Source: Gemmatimonadales bacterium
GTDB taxonomy: Bacteria > Gemmatimonadota > Gemmatimonadetes > Gemmatimonadales > GWC2-71-9
Reading direction: 5' to 3'
Length of the DNA stretch: 64,000 nt
Assembly (NCBI GenBank): GCA_040901965.1
Contig: JBBDYB010000012.1
Location: forward strand, 50,087 to 114,086
Positions 62,516 to 64,000 of the stretch are shown piece by piece. Below the pieces are notes generated by a model. The model saw only the letters and a program-made list of their open reading frames with translations. It searched no databases and was not told the DNA's origin. Within the stretch, counting starts at the first letter, position 1, and each line of letters starts with the position of its first letter. The translations under genes were made by a program, and so were the position numbers.

Positions 62516-63229
62516 TTAGGACCGCTGCACCCGCTGCAGGCCTTCCTGCGCCTCAGCGTATTCGGGGAAGATGGCGAGCGCGCGGTTGAACATCTCGACG
62601 GCCTTCTCCTTTTGCCCGCGGTCCTGGTAGAGCAGGGCGCGCGAGTAGTAGGTGAGGGCCTCCGTGGGGATTTGGCGTCCCATGCGCTGATCCGACGCCT
62701 GCCGCTGCAACGCCGGCAGATTGGCGTCCTTCATGAGGCGCGCCGAGATGTTGCGGATGATGTCGAACAGGTGATCCCGCTGCATCCGCTCGGATTCGGT
62801 CTTGACGATCTCGCTGGTCTCGGTATTGACCAGCCGCACGTCCACCCGGAAGTCGCCGTAGAAGTCGATGAACGTGCCCAGCACGACGTAGCGGGCACCG
62901 ACGAGCTTGCCGATGCGCGCCGCGGTCTGGGGATCGATCCGGCCCTGGGCGCCGAGGTTCTGCTCCTCGAGGAGCCGCTGGATCTGCTCGCGCTCCACTA
63001 CGCGGGCCGCGGGGTTGGCCGAGAGCTCGGAGATCATCATGCCCGCGATCCCCCGCTCCAGCGCCTCGAAGTCCTCTTTCCCTTGCCCGTACGAGCCCCC
63101 GTTGCTGAAGGGGAGCACGGCGATGCCCGGCCGGGTGTCTTGGCCGCGCTGCTGGGCCCCCAGTAGAACGGGCAGTAGGCTCAACACAGCCACGACGCCA
63201 CGCGCTCGCATATCTGCTCCTCGAGTCAC
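62516..63229 (-). CDS. CsgG/LpoB-fold periplasmic protein with C-terminal TPR
   Basis: Signal peptide VVAVLSLLPVLLGAQQ. Also GIAVLPFSNGG...VVEREQIQRLLEEQ...GARYVVLGTF.. and a TPR-like tail (YYSRALLYQDRGQKEKAVEMFNRALAIFPEY). Confidence 0.7.
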   Translation of the reverse strand: MTRGADMRARGVVAVLSLLPVLLGAQQRGQDTRPGIAVLPFSNGGSYGQGKEDFEALERGIAGMMISELSANPAARVVEREQIQRLLEEQNLGAQGRIDPQTAARIGKLVGARYVVLGTFIDFYGDFRVDVRLVNTETSEIVKTESERMQRDHLFDIIRNISARLMKDANLPALQRQASDQRMGRQIPTEALTYYSRALLYQDRGQKEKAVEMFNRALAIFPEYAEAQEGLQRVQRS

Positions 63230-64000
63230 AGGGTCACCTGCATACCTTCTTGTGCTGCCAGGACTTCCAAGGGTCCGCCGCGGTTCATGGCATACTTGCG
63301 CGCCGCCGCCAGCAGCCCATCCATCGCTTCGTCGCCATGCTCCGGCTCATGGTGGAACAGGACGAGCCGCTTCGCGCCGGCATCCCGCGACAGGGCCACC
63401 GCTTCCTCGTACGTCGAGTGCCCCCAGCCGCGGTGCTGCTCGAGCTCCGCCGGCGTGTACATGGCGTCGTGAATCAGGAGATCGACGCCCTGCAGAAACG
63501 CTACGAAATCGCGCCGCCAGCTCACCGGCACATCGTAGTGCCCGCCGGGTCCGAGCTCGTTGTCCGTCACGTAGGCCATGCTCGGCCCGCCGGTGGCGGG
63601 CGTGAGGCGGAATCCCAACGTCGTGCCTGGGTGCCGCAGCTTCGTCGTCCGGACTCGGAACTCCCCGATCGAGAACTCGTCCATGTCCACCTGCTGCACC
63701 GTCAACTTCGCCGACAACGCATCGAGCGGGACGGGGAACACGGCCGGATCCATCTGCTGTCGCAGAATCGCTTCCAGCGACGTCGTGCCCTGCCGCGAGC
63801 CCCAGATGCGCACCGCGTTTCCGGGGGCGAAAAACGGCTTGAAATGTGGCAGCCCCTGAATGTGATCCCAGTGAGCGTGTGACAGCAGGATCTCGACTTT
63901 GACGGCGCCGTTCTGCTTTTCCACCAGCTCGAGCCCCAGTGCCCGGATCCCGGTGCCGGCGTCGAGCACGACAAGCTGACCTCCGGCGCCCTCAACGGCG
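63226..64000 (-). CDS. MBL-fold metallo-hydrolase (N-terminus probably beyond the right edge)
   Basis: Contains LLSHAHWDHIQGLP, LVLFHHEP and VVLDAGTGIRALG. The frame stays open upstream of the GTG at 63969 to the window end. Confidence 0.8.
   Translation of the reverse strand, partial: AVEGAGGQLVVLDAGTGIRALGLELVEKQNGAVKVEILLSHAHWDHIQGLPHFKPFFAPGNAVRIWGSRQGTTSLEAILRQQMDPAVFPVPLDALSAKLTVQQVDMDEFSIGEFRVRTTKLRHPGTTLGFRLTPATGGPSMAYVTDNELGPGGHYDVPVSWRRDFVAFLQGVDLLIHDAMYTPAELEQHRGWGHSTYEEAVALSRDAGAKRLVLFHHEPEHGDEAMDGLLAAARKYAMNRGGPLEVLAAQEGMQVTL

Overview
The window is a very GC-rich bacterial chromosome segment; third codon positions are almost all G/C. Gene content and a compact ~285-aa RpoD-type sigma factor suggest a Gemmatimonadota-like soil bacterium, but that is inference only. 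I can support about 60 protein-coding genes. I saw no rRNA, tRNA, CRISPR array, integrase or transposase.

Housekeeping blocks include ispG, comM, two Kef-type antiporters, lepB, an rpoD-like sigma factor, yajQ-rimO-hemL-spoIID, and lnt-hyuA-hyuB. They surround two accessory regions.

(1) A ~3.6-kb islet at 28.9-32.5 kb carries three Uma2-family nuclease genes plus phd/vapC and mazEF toxin-antitoxin pairs. It sits between a complete aldehyde dehydrogenase gene and a diverged, displaced copy of that gene's last ~180 nt. The same architecture recurs inside the islet: mazEF lies between vapC and a displaced vapC 3-prime remnant.

(2) A 14-kb single-strand cluster runs from 46.9 to 32.7 kb on the minus strand. 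It is headed by an ECF sigma factor, a tandem zinc-finger anti-sigma factor and a probably exported TPR-CHAT (caspase-like) protease. These are translationally coupled to two giant cysteine-rich RCC1 beta-propeller lipoproteins. An FN3 lipoprotein, a frameshifted S8 protease, a decayed Big2/PD40 gene and a small lipoprotein follow. I consider the sigma/anti-sigma/CHAT module the best candidate for an undescribed system: ECF control by a caspase-like protease, resembling the Craspase Csx29/Csx30/RpoE logic but without any CRISPR component.

Other oddities:
- Long homopolymer tracts inside genes: C13, G11 and C9.
- A dispersed GGGAGCR heptamer array found once as a terminator hairpin and twice in-frame inside genes.
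- Several promoter/operator palindromes.

Many long ORFs in the supplied track are opposite-strand or alternate-frame GC shadows, and I rejected them.
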